Part shown: positions 47,401-60,352 of the stretch, piece by piece | Numbering within the stretch: position 1 is the stretch's first letter | Layout of the letters: the number at the start of each line of letters is the position of its first letter | Assembly (NCBI GenBank): GCA_964270895.1 | Contig: OZ185440.1 | DNA: 64,000 nt | Reading direction: 5' to 3' (one strand) | DNA from: Podarcis filfolensis | Lineage: Eukaryota | Notes under the pieces: model-generated | Database searches by the model: none | What the model saw: only the letters and a program-made list of their open reading frames with translations | Told to the model about the DNA's origin: nothing | Made by a program: the position numbers and the translations under genes

Positions 47401-49110
47401 TTTGTACTCGTTTATATAATTTTTTATATATGTGTTGCTATCAAGTTGGAAAGATATAGATGTACTGTACTTCTCTGATCTGCAATTATTCCCCCCCCCC
47501 CAATGCCACTGAGAAAGTGGGTGCAAATGATGCTCACAAAATTGCATGTTTATCTGTAGAAGAAAAGTGTTTTGTTTAGCAAACTAAATAGTGAGGAGAA
47601 CATTTCCATCCCAGATTTCTCTCTGACATGCTAGTTTTCTATGGACTGGGATTTTTTTTCTTATGGAAAAACATTAAATCTTGTGAACCCCCACCTGTAG
47701 CCCTAACACAGATGTACCACTTCAGTGAAAATTAGATCAAAGACGTTATGACAGTCTGTAAGGAAGTTCATATGCATTTCTTATTGAACTAATAACTCTG
47801 CAAATTGTGTTTTCTTATTTGAACTTTTCTACCTAACAATGAAGACTAGGACCCGAGTTTAAACTTATCAACTAAGTTCCAGCTCAGATTTTTAATTTTA
47901 GTTATGTGTTTCTCATATTTTACTATTTGTATTTGTTTGGATAGCTTATGACTTGTCTCAGAACTCTCATATTGTGGGGGCAAGGCTTAATAAATTGTTT
48001 AAAAACAGTTGGGCAAATATTCAATGAAAGATAATTCTAGAACCATCAGGCAGCCATTGAGAATGTACACTGTACATGGTATAAACTATTACTGTCCATA
48101 GTACAGATGGCATTCTAAAAAAATATATAGTGCTAATAATGAAATTAAGACTTAACTTATTTTCTGCCAACCTGTCCATTAAAAGTACTAATTGGGATTA
48201 AAGCAAAAGTGTGAGAACAGGGCATGGGGAGACTTAAACCTATTCCAGACTCCTTTCAGTTTGGTGACATGGCCTTGCAATCCAGCAGAATTTACACTTG
48301 CAGCGTGGGTGGTGTTTAAAAAATGCTCATTTTAAAGGCTTGTTTTCCCTCAGGCCGGCTTAGCCAGCGGAAACCCAACTCTTCAATAGAGTTTGGAATA
48401 TGGATAATTTAAAATGGCCTAATTTAAGATGGCATAAATTCTGCTGGCTTCCTACAGATTGCTCTGCCAAAGTTGCATTTAACATACAATTGGGAGTCAA
48501 TATTAAAAGTACACTGTAACTTTAAACATACTTTTTGATATGAGCTGCTAATAAAAGAACCCAATTCATTCCTCTGTGTAAAGGTAAAGGACCCCTGACC
48601 GTTATGACTCTGGGGTTGCGGCGCTCATCTCGCTCTATAGGCCGAGGGAGCTGGCGTTTATCCGCAGACAGCTTCTGGGTCATGTGGCCAGCATGACTAA
48701 GCCGCTTCTGGTGAACCAGAGCAGTGCACGGAAACGCCGTTTACCTTCCCGCTGGAGCGGTACCTATTTATCTACTTGCACTGTGTCTTTTGAACTGCTA
48801 AGTTGGCAGGAGCTGGGACCGAACAACAGGAGCTCACCCCGTCGCGGGGAATCGAACTGCCGACCTGATCAGCAAGCCCTAGCCTCTGTGGTTTAGACCA
48901 CAGCGCCACCCGCGTCCCTAGGCAGTGACAAACAGGACACTTACCTGTCTGAAGGTAGCAGATATTTTTGTTCATCTCTCACTTGTGCTGTTTATTTTTA
49001 TTAGGGATCTTCACATATTAACCAAGGATGGAAAAGGCTCCATGGAATCCACAAACGCTGTAAAAAAAGAAGTTGGTACAGTTGTTTTCAATGACAAGTC
49101 AGTGGTTTAA
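44308..49110 (+). CDS. Unrecognised protein-coding gene; model 44308..44401 + 44607..47361 + 49005..49110 = 984 aa, Ser/Cys-rich, mostly low complexity
   Basis: 907-codon open frame; phase-compatible GT-AG junctions (94+2755+106 = 2955 nt); AATAAA at 49158 after the stop. An unspliced-end variant stops at 47389 (958 aa). Confidence 0.78.
44607..47361 (+). CDS. Giant coding exon (2755 nt) of the unrecognised gene
   Basis: Long polypyrimidine tract plus cag acceptor at 44606; open frame throughout; CAG|gtgtga donor at 47362 (frame otherwise runs to TAA at 47389). Confidence 0.85.
48580..48918 (-). mobile_element. Sauria SINE
   Basis: GGGACGCGGGTGGCGCTGTGG head on minus, CTTTACCTT tail. Confidence 0.9.
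49005..49110 (+). CDS. Probable terminal coding exon: DLHILTKDGKGSMESTNAVKKEVGTVVFNDKSVV*
   Basis: tttatttttattag acceptor, phase 2 matches the 47361 donor, TAA at 49108, AATAAA at 49158. Confidence 0.6.
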
Positions 49111-51030
49111 AAAATGAAATGTTGACTTTTGTTGGTATGTGCTTTGTAGTGAATATCAATAAATGAAGACCCACAAAGGACAGTCACATTGGGTTGTAGC
49201 CAAATAGTGACACATGCAGCTCACGTTGATACTGCATCGCAGTTTCCCCACCAAGCAAAGAAGGATAAACTTTGATATACGTGGAGAATAAGAGTGCTTC
49301 TAAATTGTTGCTGTTTTGGATTGTGGTTCAGTCCCATAATGGGAAATTCAGGTTACACAACTGAAATTTATTTGGCATTCTAGCATAGCAACCTTGCTTT
49401 CTCCCAGAATTGGACTTTTTGCCATAATGAAAGTGACTGAAAAATGCACTGGAAAGTGTGGATAATGCTTGAAACAACACGGTCTGTTATCTCCACACAG
49501 ATCAGAATGAATGCTCAATAAATAATGTCTAACATCCCTGCAAACTTTGTGCAAACAAATGAGGATAAAACCTCAATGAGCAAGTTGCCTGGAAAGAACT
49601 TTAAATTTCAATCCTATGCCCGCTTATGGAGGAGAAAGCCCTATTGAAATCAGTAGGACTTGTTTCAACAAAGATATGTGTAACACTGCACTGTTAGCAC
49701 CATAATAATGCATATTGTTTATGGTAAATTGCAGAAGTATATATGATATTAGTCTAATACAGCAAAAGCAATGAAGTGTTGTATGATATCTTGAAGACTA
49801 GCAGATTTATGGCATACACATTAGGCAGGGATAGCCCCCCTGACCGTGGCTGGAACTGATGAGAGCTTGGAGTGCAACATTATATTTGGCTGCTCCTAGA
49901 TTAGAGCCTACAAGATCATATTTTCTTTAGTTCTGTCCCAGATAGTTCTGTGGACTTAACTCTCCTTGAAAGCATGTTCTCCCTAAACAGGAGTATTGGA
50001 TGAAAAGCTTGCTTTTTACCTCTGACCTGCCAGTGAAATGCTGTCAAGCAGCAGTTTGGCAGTCAGTGTTTCCTTCTGTTTTCTCCTGCCAGTCTGCATG
50101 TAAGATTCATGTGACTATTTTCACTAGTTATGAATGCCCAGTTCATGAATCCTGAGTCTCATGATCAATTTTTGTATCATCAAGTAGATGTGCAAGTAGA
50201 TTTTTCTGCATTACCTTGTAGCATCCACATGATGGCAGTATATGAAGGCAAGACCCCTATCTTTTCAGGATTATTCTTCAGTATTTACAATATTATTTGA
50301 AACTTTCTCTTTTTCTTGTTTCAATCGCTAAACTTTATAATCTGCACACTGTTCCTGTAAGATAGCTTTACTCAATTAGCTTTGCAGGAGACCTGAGCTT
50401 AATAGCAGAGATTTTGTGGCATTACCAGTCTATGCAGATCAATGTAGCTAGTAAATTCACTTGGTCATGAATGATATAAACTGCAGCTGATGTGCATGCT
50501 TATGCATTAGCTTTTCCGGGTCTAGGATTCAGTATGGTTGAAATTCAATTTTTGTAACTAGCTGTGACTAATCAATTGATTCACATCACTTCACTATGAT
50601 CCTATTTAGGTTTACAGTGTGATAAAAGTGGATGTTATGGACTGATGGTTTCAGCTGTTCCATTGAATTTATACTCTTTTGCTGAGTTTCTGTTTAAATC
50701 ACTAGTTACTTAAAGGAATGAGGAGCTATGGATGGAGAGATCAGTCTAGCTCTTATCTATGTCGTTTTCACAGGTGATCATTCATTATTTGTCCGCGTTC
50801 ATCTGTATTTTTTTAAAAATGCGATGAAAATTTGTATTTAAATATCTATTTTCTCATATTACACATTTCTAAATGTATTTTATCTTAAAATAGGCATTTT
50901 CGTACAAATTTTGGTGTGCCGTTTGAGTTGAGATCTGTATTTCTACATTCAGAGAAGTGTGAAATGTCATAGTGAATGTGCATTCCACATGCTCATAGTG
51001 TATGTCATTTAGTTTGGATAAATATTATTA

Positions 51031-51293
51031 CAGTGGTACCTCGCAAGACGAAATTAATTCGTTCCGCGAGTTTTTTCGTCTTGCGAGGTTTTTCGTCTTG
51101 CGAAGCACGGTCAGTCGCAACTGCACCTCTTCAAGCGGTTTTAAGAAAAAGGAAACAAACTCGCAAGACGTTTTCGTCTTGCGAAGCAAGCCCATAGGGA
51201 AATTCGTCTTGCGAAGCAACTCAAAAAACGAAAAACTCTTTCGTCTTGCGAGTTTTTCGTCTTCCGAGGCATTCGTCTTGCGAGGTACCACTG
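51031..51293 (+). mobile_element. Tc1/mariner-superfamily MITE (263 bp), family B
   Basis: TA flanks, same TIR and internal repeats. Confidence 0.9.
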
Positions 51294-54200
51294 TATAATT
51301 TACAGCACTCTTCTGTTGACATCATTATTAACATGGTCTCTTTGTTATGGTAGACTGGCCACATTGCCCCCCCAAAAAAAAAACTTGATGAAGGGTCACT
51401 CTGTTGTTTTGCTTCAGCTACTCTAGAACAGTTCGTGATCTTATACATAACAGATTATCACTAAACAACCCATACACCATCCCAATCATTTGAAATCATC
51501 TGCTTAACCTCTGACTGCTAAAGTTTCACTCACACACTTTGAAGTTAGTTTTCTTAGTCATAAAGGTAGAAACTTGCGAAGGAGGAGAGGGAGGAGGAGG
51601 AGGAAAGATTCTCAGGGTGCCATATTCACATCATGTCCTTGCTGGATTCTACACTTGGATAGAATCATAGAATTAAAATAGCACTATACTTAGATTTAGG
51701 ATTACAAATTATTATCAGAACTGGATGGGGTCAAAAAGCCATCTAATTACAACCACACAAAGCCCATTAAGGCAGGACCATTCATCCTCCAGATCTCTGC
51801 CACCGACTACTTTGTTTACACTATCCAGACCAGACATGGTAAAAGAGAACAGGCACTCCAGAAAAAAACACTTGCAGAGCACTCTACAGGATGAAGGTGA
51901 AAAGTAAATTAGATCCCTTCCCAGATTTCTTTAGATTTTTAAGTATTCAGGGAACTTCATAAAAATTATTTGTCACATAATATGAACCACCTAAGTTTCT
52001 AAAAGTTTAAACACACTTTGTAATACTAAAATTCTCTTATTTTTTATGCCACAATCAAAATATTTACCCTGGGCAGCTATTTCAGTGAACTTTACTGTGT
52101 GCTTAGGACAGCAGCATTAATCATCCTGTTGATAATTCAAGATAGCAGAGGGACACACTAAATCTGCTCTTCTGGACAAGGGGAGAGGTGGTTTGGATAC
52201 TGGAGGGACAGAAGTGATACCTTTGTCATACAAAGACTACAAGCAGGTAAAGTTTGAATTTACAGTGCCAGGCCTCCCTTTGTAGGGATGGAGGAACAAT
52301 TTGAATGGTCAGCTGCCCGAGACTTATGGAATCTGATGGATTTCTGAATGTGCTGGGGGATTTTTCAGTAGCCAAAGCTGATAAACCTGTGGAAGCCTTT
52401 ACCTCGTTTTAGTATAATGCAGCGAGGAGACCTATTGACAAAATCGCTCCAGATTACACAGGTTTTGAAGATGGATCTGTTTACACAGGCATTCTCATCT
52501 TTTAGTTTCTCTTTTAGTTGCTGTGCTGTTCTAATGAGATGGTTTTCCGGATATTTTAATCATGGATATTTATCTTTTAATGTTTTAGTGGGATTTTAGA
52601 GGGGGTTTAGTGAGATTATTTTATATATCATAGTATAATTATTGTGTATTTTTATTCTTGTATTTTTTAAGAATGTTGTGCAATTGGTGTTTGTTTTATA
52701 AACTGCTTAGAATCTGTCTGGTCATAGAGTGGTATATAAATTAATGAAAAAGAAGAAGAAGAACGTACTATCGGCTGTACACAACCATAGAGTTTATCCT
52801 TAGATGCCCATCCTGCTGCTTGTTGGATTGCTCAGCCTGGAGAACTTTTAATATTGTTACCCAGAAAACAGCAATCATGCTTCTGTCATGCTGACAGCTA
52901 AAGTATATACTGCTGCCACTTTAAAAGAGTACAGATCTGTAGATGACTGCATTCTTTCTCAGGTCTTTAGCTATATTTTAGCCTTTAATAGTCCTGGTAA
53001 GAGGCAGGATGAAAGGTCAATAAGTGATAAGCAGTTGAGTGGGTTGTCGCTTCTCTGAGTGTTTTCTATTGACTCTGTGCTCTAAAATGGAATTGTAGGC
53101 ATGGTTTTGTCTCCAGTTGGTATGGAGACTGGGTTGATGTTATAATATCCCTATTTGCTTATGAAGGAAGCCTTCAATAATTGAGCTAACTACTTTTCTT
53201 AATGTGGCTGAAGTTGATAACAAAAGTCAGCAGCAGATACAGCAGTGGATGTTACCATGCTGGAAGGGAACAGAATAGAGTCTGTACAAAAGATCAGAAC
53301 AAAAGTCTGCCTCTGGTGAATTGGTCTTGGGCAAAACTGAACTTGTGTGGTTAGGTTGAAATGCAGAGCAAAACATATCTATAGTTGATTTCTCCCCTAT
53401 TCCTTTTCCAGTCATGGTCAGGGCTTGTTAATAACACAGTTACTGGTATTTGACAATTGCTAAAACTGTCCTCTTAATTGTAGTAGGATTGCCTACTGTG
53501 GTATAGTAATCACTTAAGATACCTTGCATGTAATTTTGTAGCCCAGAGAAGAGACAGTAAATTGGCAACAAAATGAAATATAATTGCTCTCATTTCATTC
53601 ATGTCAGTGAGTGAGACTGGAATATAAATTTGTGCTGGAGCACTGATCCTCCACAGTATTATCAGCATTTGAAGTATATCTTCTGAAACTACATGCCACA
53701 AATCACTTCGGTAGTGCCACCCATGGAAATGCCTGTTCCTTTTATGAAATGGATCTAGACAGCTATTTTTTTACACCTAGGTAGGAGTTCATTCAAAAGA
53801 TACATTTTTGTAATTTTTATTTGACATTATACTGAAAAAGATACCCTGATCAGAAAATAGTTGCTTATATATTTTATTAACACTGGAAAGGAATTCATGT
53901 CAGAAGATTGTGGTGTTTTTGCATCTTTTAATTATGTGTGTGTGTGTGTGTGTATAAATAAAATCTCAGATATAAAGCATTTACCTTGTTATAATCTGTT
54001 TGCTAAGATATCTAATCTTTATGATAACAAAATTGAAATGTAAATTAAGTAGATAGTGTCCAATGATAATACTTTTATTAATCAAGATTATTATCTGCTA
54101 TGTTTGTTTATTGTGTGTTAAGTTTTATGTATATTTATGTTTTATAATAGTAATAAGCTGTCCTGGATAAGTTCTGTTGGAAGAGGGAAAAGATAACTGA

Positions 54201-56589
54201 GGAAGGCAAAATTGCATAAGGTGGGATGGAAAGAAAAAGAGTCAACAAAATTGTCACTCACCAAACTTAAACTGTGAAAAAGACTGAATTGAAAATGGAG
54301 ACAATAGATGTACTGCTCCCTGTTTATCTGTTTGCTTTGTAACACAAAATACCGTAATAAAAACTAATTAAAACAAAAAGCAGAATTGGCACCGTTGTGA
54401 AAATACTCTATGTCATCTGAAGGGGCTAATATGTTTTCTGAGACCACACACTTTTAGCAAGGTTTAGACATTTTATTTTCCAAATGCTTGTTGTGGTGAT
54501 AGATATTTCAAAAAGCTGCTTCATGTCTCAGATGGTTAGTGCCTCTTGTGTCTTTGTTCAGTACATAACATAACAAGGAACACTTACTTAAGCAAGGCTG
54601 AAAGTATCACTTAAATAGGTGAACTGATGTTGGCGGGATTAATTAAATGAGATGGGATAACTGTAGAACCATAATGCTTTATCAGTCACTTGATTAATTG
54701 ATCATTTTAAAACTTTGATCAGTTTAAATGGTGTACCCAATTCTTTGAGGGGCAGATTTTCTAAAAAGATGTTAATTATTCTTAAACTAAGTACTTACAA
54801 ATAAATGAGTGACAAGCACCTTCTTAGTAAAGGTATTCCTGTCACATAGGTGCCGACTTTGATGCAGCCATGTGTCATCCAAAGACAAATAAGCCTTTTG
54901 TTTCAGACATATTAAAATTCATATGAAAATTAATCAAAATGTGTTTAATCAACTGAGTTTTATTTAGCTGAGTAACAACCCTGTTTTTTAAAATTATATA
55001 TATAAAACTGGAGACAAGCTTTTAGTATCACATTTCTAATCTGATGGTTTCCTATGCCTGAGCCTTGCCTTAAAAAGTTGTTCCCAATCACTTTTCACAT
55101 ATGATTTGGGGAGGGTTTGAGTCCTAAAAAGTGGCAAAACATCTCATGATGGATAACTAAAAATTCAGGCCCCAATGCCTGATGCATATTTAATACAAAC
55201 TTTTTACCTATGCATCTCTTCCAGGATACATACCAGGCTGATACAAGCCTGTTCCACCATGACAGAGCAGCTCAGCAGAGTATCTGACAATTAATTATGG
55301 ATGGTAAAAGGCAGCTTTTAAGAAAGTTGGAGGTGATATTATGATGGAGGTTTTGTTTCCATGGGGTACAGGCTTATTTCTTTTGCATCTCTGTTGCCTA
55401 TGATCAAGCATTTTGAAAAGAATTTTAAAACGCTAGAATGCTATTTAGAATCAGTAGTGGAATCAGTGTGCAGTGCAAACCATGAGCTGAAGTGACTGTC
55501 ATATCAAAAGCATTCTGAAAAAATACTGTTCCTAGCCCATGGGAACAATGTGAATCATCTGTAGGGTTTTATTTACACCAAATATTTGTTTAATAATAAT
55601 AGAATGTGTTTGCAGTTTAATAATTTTTAAAATGTAGCCCTTGATAAACCTAAATACTGTACACTGTAGGATTTTAACTACAAGTAAAAGCCACCCACTG
55701 AAGATAGTCACTAGTGTAACAATTCTAACTGGGAGCAAAAGGTTTTATTTAATGAGAACAGCTCAACTGTTGGCTCTGTCCTTCAGTCCTAATGACGTGT
55801 TTTACTAATGGGTGATACCAGTTTCAGATTGTTCCTCTGCACAAAGAATCATCCCTAATCCATATCATCTTCATGGAAGCCCTAAATTGGTTGAGAGGCT
55901 ATGTATAGATTTGGCTATATCCTCACTAAGTTAACATAGAGACCTCTGATATGCACCTCTAGGAGTGAGCAGAACAGACAAAGATATCACTGAGTGTGCC
56001 AAGATAACCAGCAACTTGAAGAACACAACAGGATGCCTACCACTGGCTTGTAAAGCTTATTCTAGATGGGTTAAAAAGGGCAAGGCTATTTAGGAAGCGG
56101 GGAAGACTGGTGCAAAAAGTCCCTTTTCGGTAGTGCTGTATGAAAGAAACAAGCACTCAAAGGTACCCGATAACATATCCTAGTGTAGTGTAGGAACAAA
56201 AGGAAAGGCAACCTCTACGTCAGGCCTCACCAACATGATGCCCACAGGCACAAATGTGCCTGCAGAGGCCTTCCCTGGCACTGGGAATGAGGTCCTCTCC
56301 TTCCACTGAAATTAACCTTGAAACGATTTCTTACAATTACTTCTGAAAAAACACAGATAGATTGTGCAATTTATCTAGACTGAGCCTCTGTGTTCTCAAT
56401 GTAATCCAAACACAGTCTTTGGAGATAACTGTTCTTTTTCCAGTCTGAAGAACTCAGGTTAATAATTTCCACTAAAGAAACCTCTTTAAAAATTAATTTT
56501 AACTTCTCTTGCCAGCTTGAGCTCATTATGAATTTTGGCCAACCTGACATTCACTCAGTAACTGTTGGCTCCTTGTATATATGCTTCCT

Positions 56590-56718
56590 CTCAATTCCTA
56601 TATTCCAGTCGCGAACCTCATCCCACCATGTTTCAGTAATGCCTACCAGGTAATATTTGCCATCCTGTATTAAAAGCTCCAATTCGTCTTGCTTGTTTCC
56701 CATACTCTGTGCATTTGT
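56590..56718 (-). mobile_element. CR1 ORF2 N-terminal apurinic-type endonuclease fragment
   Basis: Translates to TNAQSMGNKQDELELLIQDGKYYLVGITETWWDEVRDWNIGIE. Confidence 0.85.
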
Positions 56719-57810
56719 GTCGAGAAAACTGAAACCAGGAATCGTTCCCTCCAGCTGCTTCCTTATTGTAGTTTCTTAGCAGGATTCTGAAGCACCACCT
56801 CAGTGTTAAGACACTTAATGTGGAGTTCTTTTATATTATAATCCCGTTGGAAGGGTTCATTAATTATTCCCATTCTCATCTCTGACACCATGATAGGTTT
56901 AAGATGCAGCTCAGTAAAGGTTATATAGGGGTGGGTTGTTTTTTTTTTTAATGGCAGACATGGTAAGCATTTGGCACGTATACACTACAAGAGATGAACA
57001 AGAGCAACTGTGACATTATCTTCGTTTGCTAAAAATAGCACCCTTCAAAGTTTAAAGAAAAGTGTATTATGCTTGTTAACCTCTCCTGTGTCTGTCAGGC
57101 GTTATAGCATTAGATGCAGCATTCCCTTTCAAGGCCTTTCTAGTGCTCAAACAATTGAAACTCAATACATTGTCAGCAATGAAAGGGGAGGGATAAATAG
57201 TTGTGGCACAGTCTGCATTAATCACCATAGAACAATGTAATACTATGAACTCTGTCCCATGCACATGCAACACTTAGGGAACATATAGGAATGGGCATTC
57301 TTTAGTGGCAGAACATCTTCAGGTTGGGCTGGGAACATAACCGGTCTGAAACCCTGGAGAGTCACTGCCAGTCAGTGTAGGAGGTACTGAGCTAGATGGA
57401 CCCAATGATATGACTCAGTATGAGGGATTTCTCTCCTTTAATGTCACCTGCCCAATATCTCTAGCTAGATTTCTATTTTCAGAGAGCTCTTTATGGAAGG
57501 GATTCAAAAGTGGCATCGCTCACCTATAGTCTCAAGTGATACTCTTTGTTCCACCAGTACAACATTCTACTACCTCATTCCTATTGCTTTAGGCTACATG
57601 TATAGACCCAGTCTTGAGAGAAAGAATTGGAATAAAAACAAGAGAAAAGAATATTCTAGACCATGCTGTTTTCTGTACCTGACAGGCATTTTATGCTGGG
57701 CTTTACTTCTGAACTGCTGGTTCCTGCTTTGAGAGAATAACAGTGCAGTGGGGAGTGAACCAGCCTGTATGGTGCCGATTCCCAGGTTTTTCCCTACTAT
57801 TGAACCATTG

Positions 57811-58057
57811 AGCCAGTGTGGTGTAGTGGTTAAGAGCGGTAGTCACGTAATCTGGGGAACCGGGTTCGCGTCTCCGCTCCTCCACATGCAGCTGCTGGGT
57901 GACCTTGGGCCAGTCACACTTCTTTGAAGTCTCTCAGCCCCACTCACCTCACAGAGTGTTTGTTGTGGGGGAGGAAGGGAAAGGAGAATGTTAGCCGCTT
58001 TGAGACTCCTTAAAGGGAGTGAAAGGTGGGATATCAAATCCAAACTCCTTCTTCTTC
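57811..58057 (+). mobile_element. tRNA-derived SINE (Squam3-type) with (TTC)n tail
   Basis: AGCCAGTGTGGTGTAGTGGTTAAGAG head, GGGTTCGCGTCTCC B-box-like, CAAACTCCTTCTTC tail. Confidence 0.88.
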
Positions 58058-58973
58058 ATACCATCTCTTAGATAATGCCAAAGTAGAGGTAAATCCCATG
58101 TTTCAATAGGGACAGAAGAGAATTCTGTTCTGCATTTTTAAGCAAGCCAAGCTAATTTATACCTCTCAGATGTGCTGAAATATAATTATCATGCAGATTT
58201 CACACTCCTCTGAATTTTGCTATACAGTCCTTAGCTCAAAAACTCTACCAAAGTGCATTAAAAGTAGTATTTTTAGGATGCAGTACATCTGGAAATGTGC
58301 ATATTGAGATAAAATACATATTTACATTAGACTAATCCATACCTATTTTTAAACAGCTTTGAGGCTACAATGTTTTATTTTCTTCCCATACCTCATTCCT
58401 AATTGGCTGTCTTCATAGATCGTCTCCCCACATGCTTTACCCCATATTCTCACTGCCTTGGGCCCAAATTCCATATTCAAGTATACATGTATAGGATTTT
58501 AATCTCAGAATTATGCAAAATGCGCAAAATGGTACAAACACACAGTTACATAAGCAACAAAAATTCAAATAAATGAACCTAGCCGCACATGCAAACTTGC
58601 CTGTAGTTGAAAAAGTTGCTTGCCTGGCATGCAATCACCTTTTGTGGTAGAGAGGCCTGGATTAGGGTTATAGTCAACTAAATTTTACTCAGCAGACCCA
58701 CTGAAATTGAGGGGCTTAACTTAGTCATGTTCATTGATTTCAGTGTGTCTGCTCTGAGTAAAGCTTAGTTGAACACCGATTAAAGTCAACATGAAGAAAG
58801 TATCAAGGACAAACCAGCTCAGTTAACAATGATGCTCAGGATACAGCTAAGCAAGATGGGAGATCCATGATTAGAGTTTTTCTAAGGGGGTAGATATAGC
58901 TCTGTGTGGGTGTGTGAGTGAATGAGAAAGTGATTTGTATTAGTGCTATGGCACAGGGAGAGGGTAGCAGATA

Positions 58974-59215
58974 CAGTGGTACCTCAGGTGAAGTACTTAA
59001 TTTGTTCCGGAGGTCCGTTCTTAACCTGAAACTGTTCTTAACCTGAAGCACCACTTTAGCTAATGGGGCCTTCCGCTGTTGCCGTGCCACCAGAGCATGA
59101 TTTCTGTTCTCATCCTGAAGCAAACTTCTTAACCTGAAGCACTATTTCTGGGTTAGCGGAGTCTGTAACCTGAAGCGTATGTAACCTGAAGAGTATGTAA
59201 CCCGAGGTACCACTG
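58974..59215 (-). mobile_element. Tc1/mariner-superfamily MITE (242 bp), family A, inverted relative to 14560
   Basis: TA flanks and the same TIR and internal sequence. Confidence 0.9.
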
Positions 59216-60267
59216 TAACCCTCTTTTCTCATACCATTTTCCCAGTCTGAATAGTCCCTGCCTGAGCTGCTCTTTGAATCACAGGGCAAAACATTTAGGT
59301 ACCTGTTTGAGACAACAACAACATGCTCATTGCCTAATGGCTGCAGCACTAAAGTGAATGTGCATGTGTGAATGAGCCACCTCAGATTAAGGTCAAACAT
59401 ACTGAACTGTCGTATCATTTCCAACCATCAGTGTTTGCATTGGAGTTGGTGCACGTGTTCCGCTGCGAGTCATTAAAATGTCTGTTTTTCAGTCTCTGGG
59501 GTTTTAGAGAAAACACCAGCCACTTTTCTATGAGGTATAACTGGGGCCATGCAAAGTTCAAACACAACTTAATGCTGCAGATTAGCTACTGGTTGAAATG
59601 ACTTCATCCTAAAACTGTGCTGTGCTTAACTCCTAAGGTAGACAGCCCATTAATGTTGACTGTAACTAATAGGGCTTTGTTCTGAAATGCATTAAAAATG
59701 GTCATATCATCTGAGACGATGATATCATGCTTAGCAGCAGCTAAATAAAGAAAAAACAATTGTGCTATTTTTGAGGAAGAGGTTTCATATCAATCCTACG
59801 CCATAGTGTTACGGATCTTTATTTGGTTTGAAATGCAAAAGAAAAACAACTACAATCTCCTTCATATAACTGCCAGCTTGAGGAAGGGCATTTAAAAACA
59901 AACAAACAAACTCTATTGTTTCTAGGCTTTGTTTCAATCTGAAATGCCTAAGGTAGAGCCAGCAAAGCTAAAGCCCGTAATGGATGCATCTATTGTTTGA
60001 AGTATGGAACAACAATTGAAGGGTGTTCTGGCTTGCTAAAAATAGAAAGGCAGCTGCTGCTGTCCATTTCTTAGTAACTGAGAATAAAACAATGCTCAAG
60101 TATTGTCTGCATTACTGGAGTAGTGACATTGGAACCACTTCGAAAGGACCAATGGGATGGATCAGCAAGTTATTTATAAATGCCTAATGTCATCCTTTCC
60201 CATCCCCCACAATCTAACTGCACTTTCTTAGCCTTTTGCATTACGTTCTCTCAGTTAAGGATGCAAA

Positions 60268-60352
60268 AAGAGCCCTGCTGGATCAGACCAAGGCCCATCT
60301 AGTCCAGCATCCTGTTCTCACAGTGGCCACCCAGATGCCTATCTCTACATAT
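60268..60352 (-). mobile_element. CR1-type LINE 3' end
   Basis: Reverse complement of the 4140 copy tail. Confidence 0.7.

Noticed and set aside
55800-56100. Faint RT-like translation on +
   Set aside because: Many stops and frameshifts; family cannot be assigned by eye
57811-57890. tRNA-like A/B boxes (also in the other SINE heads)
   Set aside because: SINE 5' regions continuing into SINE body and tail; no full cloverleaf
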